DNA of 64,000 nt, taken from the NCBI GenBank assembly GCA_963771465.1, contig CAVYTU010000015.1, positions 192,001-256,000 on the forward strand, read 5' to 3'. A program made the translations under genes and the position numbers. Below are positions 51,207 through 61,039 of the stretch, piece by piece (positions within the stretch are counted from its first letter, which is position 1; every line of letters starts with the position of its first letter). The notes under the pieces are model-generated. The model was not told the DNA's origin. It saw only the letters and a list, made by a program, of their open reading frames with translations, and searched no databases. The stretch is from an uncultured delta proteobacterium (GTDB taxonomy: Bacteria > Desulfobacterota > Binatia > UBA9968).

Positions 51207-51779
51207 TCACATATCGAAGAAAACAGTCTCGTTTTCGCCTTGCAGCCGAATGTCGAAACGGTAAACCGTTTTGCCGTCTCGGTCGCCACCCGCCGCGATC
51301 AGAGTTTTGCGCCGCGCTTTGTTCTTGATCGATTGCAACACCGGATCACTGTCGTTCGCCGGCTCGTCGCTGAAGTAAATTCGCGTGTAGGCGTGTACCA
51401 ACATACCGCGCGCGAAAACGACGGTGTTGATATGCGGCGCTTGCACCGTGTCATTCGCTCCTGGAATCGGTCCCGGCTTGATGGTCTCGAACCGGTAAAA
51501 ACACTTATCGTCTGTGCCCGATCGGCCCCAGCCGGTGAACTTCGGGTCCAACGGCTTTTCTTGTTTATCGTCCGGGTGATTATAGCGGCCGTAAGCGTTG
51601 GCTTGCCATAACTCCACCATGACATCGGGAATCGCCACACCATCGCCGTCGAAAACCTGTCCTTCGATGAGAATCCGTTGGCCCTGCGTTTCGTCGGTAG
51701 CCATAACGTGCATCGGCGTGCGCGTCAGTCCGATGGCGTAAAACGGACCGACGGTTTGCGAGGGTGTTTGCTTGCTCAT
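51207..51779 (-). CDS. pcaG: protocatechuate 3,4-dioxygenase alpha subunit
   Basis: TPSQTVGPF, ELWQANAYG, QAPHI, FARGML, TRIYF, ETVFFD. Confidence 0.95.
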   Translation of the reverse strand: MSKQTPSQTVGPFYAIGLTRTPMHVMATDETQGQRILIEGQVFDGDGVAIPDVMVELWQANAYGRYNHPDDKQEKPLDPKFTGWGRSGTDDKCFYRFETIKPGPIPGANDTVQAPHINTVVFARGMLVHAYTRIYFSDEPANDSDPVLQSIKNKARRKTLIAAGGDRDGKTVYRFDIRLQGENETVFFDM

Positions 51780-52489
51780 CGGGGTCCTTCGAATGGAGTC
51801 GCCTTGCGGCCGCGCAGCACGATGTCGAAGCGGTAGCCCAACGCGAATTCCGGCTCGCTCACGTCATGCGCGTAGCTTGACATCAGCCGCTCTCGCCCGC
51901 TCTTGGTCGGCACTGAATTTAAAATCGGATCGAGCGCAATCAAAGGATCCCCCGGAAAAAAAAATTGCGTCACCAGACGCGTGACGAAGCTCGGACCGAA
52001 TAGCGAAAGATGGATGTGCGCCGGCCGCCACGCGTTGGGATGGTTCAACCAAGGATACGCCCCAGGTTTTATCGTGAGATAACGGTATTCGCCCCGATCG
52101 TTGGTCAGGCAACGCCCGGCGCCCGTGAAGTTGGGATCGAGCGGCGCGTTATGTTGATCGACGGGATGACGATAGCGTCCAGCCGCATTGGCCTGCCAGA
52201 TCTCGATGAGCGTGTTAGGGACGGGTTTATCGTCTTCATCCAAAACCCGGCCGACGACGATGATGCGTTCGCCCAATGCCTCCTCGGCGCTGCCGGCGAT
52301 GCGCGTGAGATCGTCCTCGCCCGCGTCCAGCTTAATCCCGCTAAAAAGCGGGCCGGTGACCTCGGACAAAGTTTGCTGGATCGGCACGAGCTTCTTGAGT
52401 GGCCCGCGTTTGATCGAAGAACCGTAAGCTTTGAAACTATACGGTGGATGGGATCGCCAGTCGCGCGGGTTATATTCGGGGATCTGCAT
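51776..52489 (-). CDS. pcaH: protocatechuate 3,4-dioxygenase beta subunit
   Basis: Fe ligand motifs GRYRH, PGAYPW, WRPAHIH; start at ATG 52489. Confidence 0.95.
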   Translation of the reverse strand: MQIPEYNPRDWRSHPPYSFKAYGSSIKRGPLKKLVPIQQTLSEVTGPLFSGIKLDAGEDDLTRIAGSAEEALGERIIVVGRVLDEDDKPVPNTLIEIWQANAAGRYRHPVDQHNAPLDPNFTGAGRCLTNDRGEYRYLTIKPGAYPWLNHPNAWRPAHIHLSLFGPSFVTRLVTQFFFPGDPLIALDPILNSVPTKSGRERLMSSYAHDVSEPEFALGYRFDIVLRGRKATPFEGPR

Positions 52490-52508
52490 GATGTCGCGCC
52501 CTCTGAAT

Positions 52509-52895
52509 CTATTTGCTTTCGCTTTCCATCTCTTTGTAAACCCGCTTGGCAATGGCGAACGCCGAGTTCGCCGCCGGCGCGCCGGCATAGACGGCCACTT
52601 GCAGCAGCACTTCTTTGACTTCGTCCTGGGTCACACCGGTGTTACGCGTCGCTCGGATATGCGCGCCGAGCTCTTCAAGTCGGCCCAATGACGCGAGCAT
52701 GGCGATCGTCAGCATGCTGCGGATTCGTTTTTCCAGTCCCGGCCGCGTCCACACCGCGCCCCAAGCGTGCTCGGTCACGTAATGCTGCCAGTCGGCGTCG
52801 AACTCGGTCTTGTTCGCTTCCGCGCGCGCGACGTATTCAGCGCCGAGCACCGCTTTGCGCACTGCCATGCCTTTATCGAAAAGATCGTCAGACAA
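52509..52895 (-). CDS. pcaC: 4-carboxymuconolactone decarboxylase
   Basis: GMAVRKAVLG, AWGAVWTRPGL, EVLLQVAVYAGAPAAN. Confidence 0.93.
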   Translation of the reverse strand: MSDDLFDKGMAVRKAVLGAEYVARAEANKTEFDADWQHYVTEHAWGAVWTRPGLEKRIRSMLTIAMLASLGRLEELGAHIRATRNTGVTQDEVKEVLLQVAVYAGAPAANSAFAIAKRVYKEMESESK

Positions 52896-53143
52896 TTTGC
52901 ACCTCCCGAAAAAATCGCATCATCCGTTCGGCGCGCGCAACCGGCATGCTCGACGCAAGGCATATGCGCACATGTCAAGCAAAGATCGCTACCTGCCGAG
53001 CCAGTTAGCGAAGATCAGCGCCGGCTTCTCCTTTGCCCCTTCAACTTTGTAGTGATGAACATAGTCGCCGATTTACAAGAATGGCATCGCATTGAAACTA
53101 TCCGAGCCGTTGCTACAAAGTCAAATTAACCGGCTCAAAGCCT

Positions 53144-53173
53144 TTGACTTCCGCCGATCAACAACCATAGAAT
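53144..53173 (+). promoter_or_regulatory. putative sigma70 promoter
   Basis: TTGACT-18 nt-TAGAAT. Confidence 0.45.
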
Positions 53174-53185
53174 CCGAGTGAACTG

Positions 53186-53221
53186 TTGAACGGATTGATC
53201 GTATTGAACGATTTGAACTGG
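53186..53221 (+). repeat. 4 x 9-bp degenerate tandem repeat
   Basis: TTGAACGGA TTGATCGTA TTGAACGAT TTGAACTGG. Confidence 0.7.
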
Positions 53222-53229
53222 AGGAATTT

Positions 53230-53847
53230 ATGTCCGAACCCTTAATCTTGGAAGTCTTTTCCGACTTCGTCTGACCCTGGTGCTACCTCGTCACCGGGCG
53301 TGTCGAGAAACTCAAAAACGATTACGGTCTAGGAATAAAGTTTACCAACTTCCCGCTTCATCCGGAGACACCGGAAGAAGGCAGCGTGCGCGGCCCCGAG
53401 ATCATCGCGCGCAACGGCAGAATGAAAGTCAACATGGAGCGCGAAGGTTTGCCGTTCAACGCCGAACGCAACATGTCGTATAACAGCCGCCTCGCCCAAG
53501 AACTCGCCAAGTGGGCTGAGACCAAAGGCAAAGCCGAAGAAGTTACCAACGCGTTGTTCCGCGCCTACTTCGTCGACGTGAAAAACATCGGCAAGGCCGA
53601 CGTGCTCGCCAAGATCGCCGAAGAAAACGACTTGCCGGCGGACGAAGCGACGGACGTGTTGCTCAGCCGCAAATACAAAGACGCCGTCGACGAGGACTGG
53701 CGCCGCTGCGCGTCGTTCGGCGTCAACGCCGTGCCGACATTCCTCGCAGGGAAATATTTAATGGTCGGCGCGCAGCCGTACGAAGAGTTAAAGCGGCTGA
53801 TCGAGCATGTACTGAAAGAACCCGAGGCGCTAAGCCAAGGAAGCTAG
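53230..53847 (+). CDS. DsbA/FrnE-family oxidoreductase, selenoprotein (UPWC)
   Basis: GGAGGA RBS, ATG 53230, MSEPLILEVFSDFV-TGA(53272)-PWCY in frame with the 53386-53847 ORF (GVNAVPTF, GAQP). Confidence 0.85.
53275..53298 (+). promoter_or_regulatory. candidate bacterial SECIS hairpin
   Basis: CCTGGTG ctacctcgt CACCGGG stem immediately 3' of the in-frame UGA. Confidence 0.45.
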
Positions 53848-53876
53848 ACAGCGACGTACGTTTTTGGAGGCGAGAC

Positions 53877-54953
53877 ATGGCATTAGGGCTTTCCCACGGC
53901 GGAACCACGATCTACTCATCGCCGTCCCGCTCTGAGGAAGTATGGGTCGGTACCAAAGAAGGCATCGTCGTCATCGAACGCGCAACCGGCGGCACGGAAT
54001 GGCGCGTATCGCGTCGCCTGCTTGAAGACAAGCATATCAGCGCAATCGTGACCGAGCCTAAAAGCGGGCTCACATTTGTCGGCGCGTTTCACGGCTCGCT
54101 GCAAGTTACTGGAGATAACGGCGAGACTTGGGAGCGCCGAGATAACGGCTTAACCGAGCACGATGTCTACAGTCTGAGTGCCATTCCGCACGACGGCGCC
54201 ACGCGATTGTACTTAGGCACGGAACCGGCGCACATATTTTGTAGCGATGATCTCGGCCTCAATTGGCGCGAATTGCCGCACATGCGCTCGGTGCCAAGTG
54301 TTCCGAAGTGGAAGTTTCCGGTGCCGCCGCACATCGCCCACACCAAAAACATCACCTTTCATCCCAGCGATCCAAAGACCGTGTACGCCTGCATCGAAGT
54401 TGGCGCTTTGCTGCGCAGCCGCGACGGCGGCGAAACCTGGGCGCAGATCGAAGGAGTTTACGAGGACGTGCATCGCTTGGCGATCCATCCACAAGACCCG
54501 AATCGTTTGTACGTCGTCACCGGCCATGGACTGTTTGTCAGTTCGGACGGCGGCGCTAGCTTTGAAGAATGGGTTTCGCGACCTTCGCCAATCGCGGGTT
54601 ACCCGGACGGCATCGTCATTCATCCGAGAAAACCGGAGTTGATGTTCCTGGGTGCCGCCGATGCCGGTCCCGGTACCTGGATGAAAACTCACTATGCCGG
54701 CGCGAAAATCTCGCGCAGTACAGACGGCGGGCGGAGCTGGGAGATGTTGCAGAACGGATTGCCTGAACGGATGCAGGCGAGCATCGAAGCGCTTTGCTTG
54801 GAAGACTGGGGCGAGTCCGTTTCGCTTTTCGCCGCGACTACCGCCGGCGATGTTTATTGCAGTGATGACGCCGGTGAGAGCTGGAGCCGCATCATCAGCG
54901 GCTTGGCGCCGATCTCCAAGGGCGGGCACTACCAAGCGCTCGCCGTAGCGTGA
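53877..54953 (+). CDS. BNR/Asp-box beta-propeller protein
   Basis: Repeated SxDxGxTW motifs (SRDGGETW, STDGGRSW, SDDAGESW). Confidence 0.88.
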   Translation: MALGLSHGGTTIYSSPSRSEEVWVGTKEGIVVIERATGGTEWRVSRRLLEDKHISAIVTEPKSGLTFVGAFHGSLQVTGDNGETWERRDNGLTEHDVYSLSAIPHDGATRLYLGTEPAHIFCSDDLGLNWRELPHMRSVPSVPKWKFPVPPHIAHTKNITFHPSDPKTVYACIEVGALLRSRDGGETWAQIEGVYEDVHRLAIHPQDPNRLYVVTGHGLFVSSDGGASFEEWVSRPSPIAGYPDGIVIHPRKPELMFLGAADAGPGTWMKTHYAGAKISRSTDGGRSWEMLQNGLPERMQASIEALCLEDWGESVSLFAATTAGDVYCSDDAGESWSRIISGLAPISKGGHYQALAVA

Positions 54954-55124
54954 AGTCACAGAAGGTTTTTACACCCCTCACGTCGCAATCGAGATTTTCT
55001 CCCTGCGTTGGGAACACCCACAACCTTGTCTGCACCGCTGCCGCCGCCTGCTTGACACTCGCCTGCGAATGGCGGAAAAATCACGGTAATCGATTGAAAT
55101 TCATTCTACGCAAACCAAGAGGAG

Positions 55125-56264
55125 ATGACCGTGGACTACAAAGCGATTTCCGCCGACGATCACATTGACTTGGGATATTTGCCGAGAGACTTGTGGACCG
55201 AGCGTTTGCCGAGTGGGTTGCGCGAGCGCGCGCCGCACGTCGAAGACCGCGGCGAGAAGGGCGAATACTGGGTCTGCGACGGCGAGACTTGGGCAGACTA
55301 TCGCGGCGAGCGCTGGTTTGCGCGGCAGAATCGCACCCGGCTCGCTCTCGATCGCGGCGGTGTCGGCGAAGCGCACCGTCCAACCACGACAGCGAAACGA
55401 TTGGTCGACATGGACCGCGACGGCGTCGAGGCTTCGCTTATGTTTCCGCCGATCATCGCCATGCAGGTGGGCGCGCCGGAACTCAGAAACGCTTGCGTCC
55501 AAGCCTACAACGACTGGGCGTTGGACTTTGGCAAGACTGCGCCGAAGCGCTTTTTCCCGGTCGCCATGCTCTCTTCGGTCGACGCGGCAGCCGCCAGAGA
55601 TGAAGTCATCCGCGTCGCCAAATTGGGTTTCAAGGAAGCCAACTTCTTGGTCAACGATGTCACCCTCGAAATGAACTTGAAGCCTTGGGACATTTTCTGG
55701 GACGCCGCCGAGGACGCCGGCATCGTCGTATCGTACCACGTCGGCGGCAGCACCCAGTCGGGAACCGTGCGCGCGACCATCGACGCGATCAAGCCCGGCG
55801 AGCGCCAAGGCGTCTTCGACATGGGACTGAGCAACGGCGCCACGTCTTTTTTCAATCCGTTCGTGAACATGTTCAACTTCGGCACGCTGGAGCGCCATCC
55901 CAAATTGAAATTCTGCCTCGCCGAATCGGCCATCGGCTGGATCCCGTTCGTCGTGCAGGAGATGGACTATCGCTACAAGCGGCAATTCGAGCGCCGTAAA
56001 GCCACGGAAATCCCACTGAAGTCTATGCCGAGTGAAATCTTCAAACGGCAAGTTTGGGCGACCTATCAAACCGACTTGGTCGGATTGCATCTGGTTGAAT
56101 TTTTCGGCGACGGTCACATCATGTGGGGCTCGGATTATCCGCACCCCGACAGCACCTGGCCGTTCTCCAAAGAAGTCATCGAGAAAGACTCGGCGCACCT
56201 CGCTCCCGAGATAAAGAAAAAAGTGCTGCGCGACAACGCCGCCGCGTTGTACGGGCTGTCATAA
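55125..56264 (+). CDS. amidohydrolase_2 family protein
   Basis: ISADDH, MDRDGVEA, AYNDW, MWGSDYPH. Confidence 0.92.
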   Translation: MTVDYKAISADDHIDLGYLPRDLWTERLPSGLRERAPHVEDRGEKGEYWVCDGETWADYRGERWFARQNRTRLALDRGGVGEAHRPTTTAKRLVDMDRDGVEASLMFPPIIAMQVGAPELRNACVQAYNDWALDFGKTAPKRFFPVAMLSSVDAAAARDEVIRVAKLGFKEANFLVNDVTLEMNLKPWDIFWDAAEDAGIVVSYHVGGSTQSGTVRATIDAIKPGERQGVFDMGLSNGATSFFNPFVNMFNFGTLERHPKLKFCLAESAIGWIPFVVQEMDYRYKRQFERRKATEIPLKSMPSEIFKRQVWATYQTDLVGLHLVEFFGDGHIMWGSDYPHPDSTWPFSKEVIEKDSAHLAPEIKKKVLRDNAAALYGLS

Positions 56265-56278
56265 CGGCTTCGAGATTG

Positions 56279-56365
56279 CACCGCGGAGGCGCTGAGGGAC
56301 GCAGAGCAAAGAGTTCTTGATCAAAAAAATTCTCCGAACTCCGCGATCTCGGTGTCTCTGCGATG
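56279..56365. repeat. REP-like imperfect palindrome
   Basis: CACCGCGGAGGCGCTGAG..GCAGAG versus CTCCGCGATCTCGGTGTCTCTGCGATG. Confidence 0.6.
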
Positions 56366-56389
56366 CGCATTTCTTCAGAACAATCCGCC

Positions 56390-57577
56390 ATGTCCTTCGC
56401 GCAGGAAATTGTCTGCGCGCGCTGCCAAAAAAGCTTCGCGCTGTCCGAACTCTTAAACCTCTGTCCTTGCGGGTCACCTCTCCTGGTTCGCTACGATCTG
56501 CCAGCAGCAAAAACGGCATTTCCAAAAACTTCTCTCGCCGGCCGAGTACCATCGCTTTGGCGCTATCGCGAGCTTTTGCCGTTACAAGATGATACGCACC
56601 TGAGCACACTCGGCGAAGGCTTCACGCCGCTCCTGCGCGCCGCCAATCTCGGCCGCGAGTTTAACCTGCAAAAACTCTGGATCAAAGACGAAGGGCAAAA
56701 TCCCACCGCTTCGTTTAAGGACCGCGGCTTAGCTGTCGCCATCTCGCGCGCCAAAGAACTCGGCGTTAAGAAGGCCGCTATCCCGTCGGCTGGGAATGCC
56801 GGCGGTTCATTCGCCGCCTATGCGGCCCGTGCCGGCATAGAGGCCCATGTATTCATGCCGCACGACACCCCGAGCGCCAATCAGGTGGAAGTCCAAAAAT
56901 ACGGAGCTAAGCTCACCTTGGTCGACGGCCTGATCAATGATTGCGGCAGGATCATCGCCGAGCGGAAAAGCGTCGAAGGCTGGTTCGATCTCTCGACGCT
57001 GAAAGAGCCGTATCGAGTCGAAGGCAAAAAAACCATGGGATACGAGATCGCCGAGCAGCTCGATTGGCACCTTCCCGACGTGATCATCTACCCCACCGGC
57101 GGCGGCACCGGCCTCATCGGCATGTGGAAAGCATTCGATGAACTCGAGGCATTGGGTTGGATCAATGACAAGCGCCCGCGTATGGTGTCGGTTCAAGCCA
57201 GCGGTTGCGCGCCGATCGTCAAAGCCTTCGACGAAAACAAACCGACGGCAGAACCGTGGCAGAACGCGAAAACGATCGCCTCCGGCTTGCGCGTGCCGCA
57301 AGCGGTCGCAGATTTTTTGATGTTAAGAGCGATCCGCGACAGCCACGGCACCGCATTGAGCGTCAGCGACGACGAAATGCTGGCGGAAATTCCCCACGCC
57401 GGCAAAACCGAAGGCATCTTCTTCTGTCCCGAAGGCGCAGCCTGCATCGCCGCCCTGCGCCGTTTGATCGTGCGTCAATGGATCAAACCGTCTGACGAGG
57501 TCGTGATTTTCAACACCGCGTCGGGGTTAAAGTATTTGGATGTGCTCGGATCGAAGACGGATCACGACGCGCCGTAG
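56390..57577 (+). CDS. thrC: threonine synthase
   Basis: LGEGFTPL, NPTASFKDRG (PLP Lys), SAGNAG, EGKKTMG, PTGGGTG, NTASGLKY. Confidence 0.9.
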   Translation: MSFAQEIVCARCQKSFALSELLNLCPCGSPLLVRYDLPAAKTAFPKTSLAGRVPSLWRYRELLPLQDDTHLSTLGEGFTPLLRAANLGREFNLQKLWIKDEGQNPTASFKDRGLAVAISRAKELGVKKAAIPSAGNAGGSFAAYAARAGIEAHVFMPHDTPSANQVEVQKYGAKLTLVDGLINDCGRIIAERKSVEGWFDLSTLKEPYRVEGKKTMGYEIAEQLDWHLPDVIIYPTGGGTGLIGMWKAFDELEALGWINDKRPRMVSVQASGCAPIVKAFDENKPTAEPWQNAKTIASGLRVPQAVADFLMLRAIRDSHGTALSVSDDEMLAEIPHAGKTEGIFFCPEGAACIAALRRLIVRQWIKPSDEVVIFNTASGLKYLDVLGSKTDHDAP

Positions 57578-58575
57578 ATGTTTCGCAAAATTTGCTGATA
57601 TTCGTTGAATCTTTCGAACGCTTCCGGCCGGACTGGATATAAATCCATGCCGGTAAGCAGTCCCGCAGGAGTTGTTGCAACGCCTTGCCGCGCCGGCACT
57701 TCGGCCACTGGGCTCAAAAGTGTCTGCCCCTCCTCGGACAGGACGAAATCGATATACAACTTCGCCGCGTTGGGATGTGCCGCGCGGGCGGTCATTCCGA
57801 TCAGAGCGGGGATCGCGTAGTGCGGCTCTTTGGTGCGCACCCATGCCACCGGCGCGCGCTTATGTTGCGCTTCCAAGATCGAATGCACCGTTGCCGCATG
57901 CAAGATCGGAAACTCGCCGGCGCTCAATAGTTCGACCGACAAAGTCGAGCTGCCGGCTTTGTAAAACGTATCCTGGGCGGCGAGCCGTTGTATGTACGCA
58001 GTCGCTTTCTCTTTGCCGACACGCGCGGCATGGGTCATGAACCACTTAAGCGTGTTGCCCTCGTCGACGCCGATCTTCTTGCCTTTCCATTTTGGCGCCA
58101 ACAGATCATCGAATCCCTTCGGCACCTCCTGCACTGCAATCATTCGGGTATTGTATGCCAGGCTGTAGAGCGGCACGAACCAGCTCGTCCAGTAGCCTTC
58201 CGTGTCTTTCAGATTGGCAGGTATGGCGTCGCGCTCAGGCGAGATATAGCGGCCGAACAGTCCGGCTTTTACCAGCGGATAAACATACAGCGCGCTGGTC
58301 GCGATCACGTCTGCGATGTACCGTCCGGCGCGATATTCCGTAGAAACGCGCTGCATCACTCTTGTGCCGTTGACGTTTACGAACTGAAGATCGATGAACG
58401 GATACTTTTCTTTAAACCGACCTAAAAACTTTCGCCCTTCGGTGCGCACCTGCAGTTGGCCGGTAAATGAGCCATAGATCGAAAGCGAGCCTTCCTTCTT
58501 CGCGCCGTCCAACAGCTGCGAAAGACGGGAATTATCCTGAGCCGGAACTAAACTCGGCGTGATCATGATCAGCAC
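57562..58575 (-). CDS. ABC substrate-binding protein, FbpA/AfuA-like
   Basis: EYRAGRYIADV, AYNTRM, HPNAAKLYIDFVLS; true start may be near 58642. Confidence 0.87.
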   Translation of the reverse strand: MLIMITPSLVPAQDNSRLSQLLDGAKKEGSLSIYGSFTGQLQVRTEGRKFLGRFKEKYPFIDLQFVNVNGTRVMQRVSTEYRAGRYIADVIATSALYVYPLVKAGLFGRYISPERDAIPANLKDTEGYWTSWFVPLYSLAYNTRMIAVQEVPKGFDDLLAPKWKGKKIGVDEGNTLKWFMTHAARVGKEKATAYIQRLAAQDTFYKAGSSTLSVELLSAGEFPILHAATVHSILEAQHKRAPVAWVRTKEPHYAIPALIGMTARAAHPNAAKLYIDFVLSEEGQTLLSPVAEVPARQGVATTPAGLLTGMDLYPVRPEAFERFNEYQQILRNIYGAS

Positions 58576-58767
58576 CGCGAGATAGAGATAAGAAGCAAAC
58601 TCGATGCTTGTGCTTCGCAGACTGTAAATTTTCCGCTGTCATTGGCCTACCCGCGACTTTTCTTTGTTTACTATAATCTTATTCTCACTGCGAGCACCGC
58701 ACGGGTTGACACTTTTCGCCGTCCATTCTTATATATTTGTTAACGCAAAGCTGAGGAGAAATCTTCG

Positions 58768-59858
58768 ATGATAATCGATGCTGATGGCCATATCATGTTA
58801 CCGCCGGATATCTGGGACAAATATTTCGAGCGCGGCGCGCTTTACGATCGCCGTCCGCGACGCGTACCGGATAACTTCGGTCGCACCCGGCTGATGGTGG
58901 ACGGCGAATTTATCCCGCGCCGTTTCGGCCGTTGGCGCGGCAGCGGCGCCGGCGATCAACCCGAGCGGCGCCGGCCCGGCGGGCGCGATCCGGTCGAGCG
59001 CTTGAAGGACATGGACGCCGAGGGAATCGACGTCGCGGTGAATTTTCCCAGCGGCATTCTCGCCTTGCCGCAAGTGATCGATGCCGCGATGGCCGTGGCG
59101 ATGACGCGCGCTTATCACGATTGGCTGCACGAATACTGCGCTCGCCGCCCGAGCGCCTGAAAGGCGTGGCCGTCGTCGCATTACAGGATGTACCGACTGC
59201 GGTTAAGGAACTCGAACGCTGCGTCAAAGAGTACGGCTTCGTCGGCGCCTTCGTCGCGCCCAATTTTCAGGGCAAGAATTTGGACGAAGCGATGTTTCAA
59301 CCGATCTGGGATGCCTGCCAGCGCCTAGACATCCCCGCTCTGGTGCATTCCGGTCCGGGCGCCAACGCCGCCGGCACCGAGCGTTTTGACAATTTTTTCT
59401 ACGTCCACTCGGTGCAGTTTCCTTTTGAAAACATGATCGCGCTCATGACCATGATCGGCGGCGGCGTGTTCGATGAGTTTCCCGCGTTGCGCGTGGCTTA
59501 CTTGGAATCCGGCTGCGGTTGGGTGCCCTACTGGATGGAGCGGCTCGACGACCAGGCCAAGCTGGAAAAATTCGACACGCCGCTGTTGCCGCGCCGGATC
59601 AAACAGCGTCCGAGCGATTACATCAAGACGCGCTGTTTTTTTTCCTGCGAGCCCGGTGAAGAGAGCACGCCCTGGGTCGCGGAACAGATCGGCGCTGACC
59701 GCTTGGTATTCGCCTCGGATTACTCTCATTTCGACGCGAAATTTCCCAACACGGTAAAGCTGGTGCGTGAAACGAAAGGGTTGGCGAGCGCAACGGCGGA
59801 TAAAATCCTCAGCGACAACTCGCTGGCGCTGTTTGGCCGGCGACTAATGAACGGCTGA
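58768..59858 (+). pseudogene. amidohydrolase_2 family protein (frameshift near 59145)
   Basis: IIDADGH...MDAEGID in the first frame; ESGCGW...FASDYSH in the second. May be a sequencing indel. Confidence 0.85.
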
Positions 59859-59873
59859 AGGAAGAAAGCCTCG

Positions 59874-60896
59874 ATGAATTTTCACAGACTTTATTTCGCC
59901 ACGAGTCTGCTCCTATTCAGCCTGAGCACAACGGCGTCGACCATCGCCGCGGTGGATGCCCGTAGCGCGCTCATCGACGGCGCGAAGAAAGAAACCAAGC
60001 TGATGATCTATTCGAGCGTCAGCGCCACCGACACGGCGACTCTGGGACAAAGATTTCAGCAGAAATATCCGTTCATCAAGCCGGAGTTTCTCCGCCTGGG
60101 CAGTGAACGGTTGCTCACGCGCATCTTGCAAGAGGCGCGGAGCGGCAAACAGTTCGCCGACGTCTATCAAACCGGCGTCGTCGAGGTTTACTTGTTCAAG
60201 CAAAAAGGCATGCTCACCCATTACGCCTCGCCCGAACGCGCCGCCTACGCGGACTATTTTAAGGACACGGACGGCTACTACACAGCTTTTTTTCACACGT
60301 CGAAAGTAATCGCTTACAACACGAGATTGGTTCCGGCGGGAAAAGCGCCCAAGTCCTATGACGACCTGCTCGATTCACAGTGGCGCGGCAAGCTCGGACT
60401 GCCGAGCGGCGGTGGCGGCATCCGTTGGTTCTTGGCGATGATGAAAGAGTTCGGCGATGACAAGGGCGAAGCCTACATGAAGAAACTTGCCGCGCAAAAA
60501 CTGATCGTCGGGCAGGATATCTCAGCAGTAACCGCGCTGATGGCGGCTGGCGAGTATCCGATCGCGGTCTTTTCCAACGCGCATCAGATCGAGCAGATGA
60601 AAAGCCAAGGTGCGCCGGTCGAATGGGTCGCCACCAGGCCGGTGCTCACGACGCAGACCGTGCTCGCTCTGCCGAATCGCGCGCCGAGCCCCAACAGCGC
60701 CAAGTTGTATATCGACTTCGTGCTCTCCAAAGAAGGACAAGAACTCTTACGCAGCTTCAATCGAATACCGGCGCGCGCCGATGTCGAAGCTAGCCCGCCG
60801 AGACTGACGCGCGGTCTTAAGTTTTCTCCCTACAAAGGCGAATGGGGCGAAGAGTACGACAAGTACGCAGAGCGATTTCGCAAGACCTTCGAGTGA
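59874..60896 (+). CDS. ABC substrate-binding protein, FbpA/AfuA-like
   Basis: Signal peptide; EARSGKQFADV; PNSAKLYIDFVLS. Confidence 0.9.
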   Translation: MNFHRLYFATSLLLFSLSTTASTIAAVDARSALIDGAKKETKLMIYSSVSATDTATLGQRFQQKYPFIKPEFLRLGSERLLTRILQEARSGKQFADVYQTGVVEVYLFKQKGMLTHYASPERAAYADYFKDTDGYYTAFFHTSKVIAYNTRLVPAGKAPKSYDDLLDSQWRGKLGLPSGGGGIRWFLAMMKEFGDDKGEAYMKKLAAQKLIVGQDISAVTALMAAGEYPIAVFSNAHQIEQMKSQGAPVEWVATRPVLTTQTVLALPNRAPSPNSAKLYIDFVLSKEGQELLRSFNRIPARADVEASPPRLTRGLKFSPYKGEWGEEYDKYAERFRKTFE

Positions 60897-60954
60897 GGGA
60901 AATCCTAACGCAATTATTCTGTTCACCAAGTAGGCAGGAAAAGCATGAGGATTT

Positions 60955-61027
60955 GCTCGCGCTAAGACGCAAAGACGCCTAGTCAGGAATCGTTTGATTT
61001 CCTTTGCGTACTTCTGCACTCGCGAGC
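60955..61027. repeat. REP-like imperfect palindrome between convergent genes
   Basis: GCTCGCG..AAGACGCAAAG versus CTTTGCGT...CGCGAGC. Confidence 0.55.
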
Positions 61028-61039
61028 ACGAACACCAGC

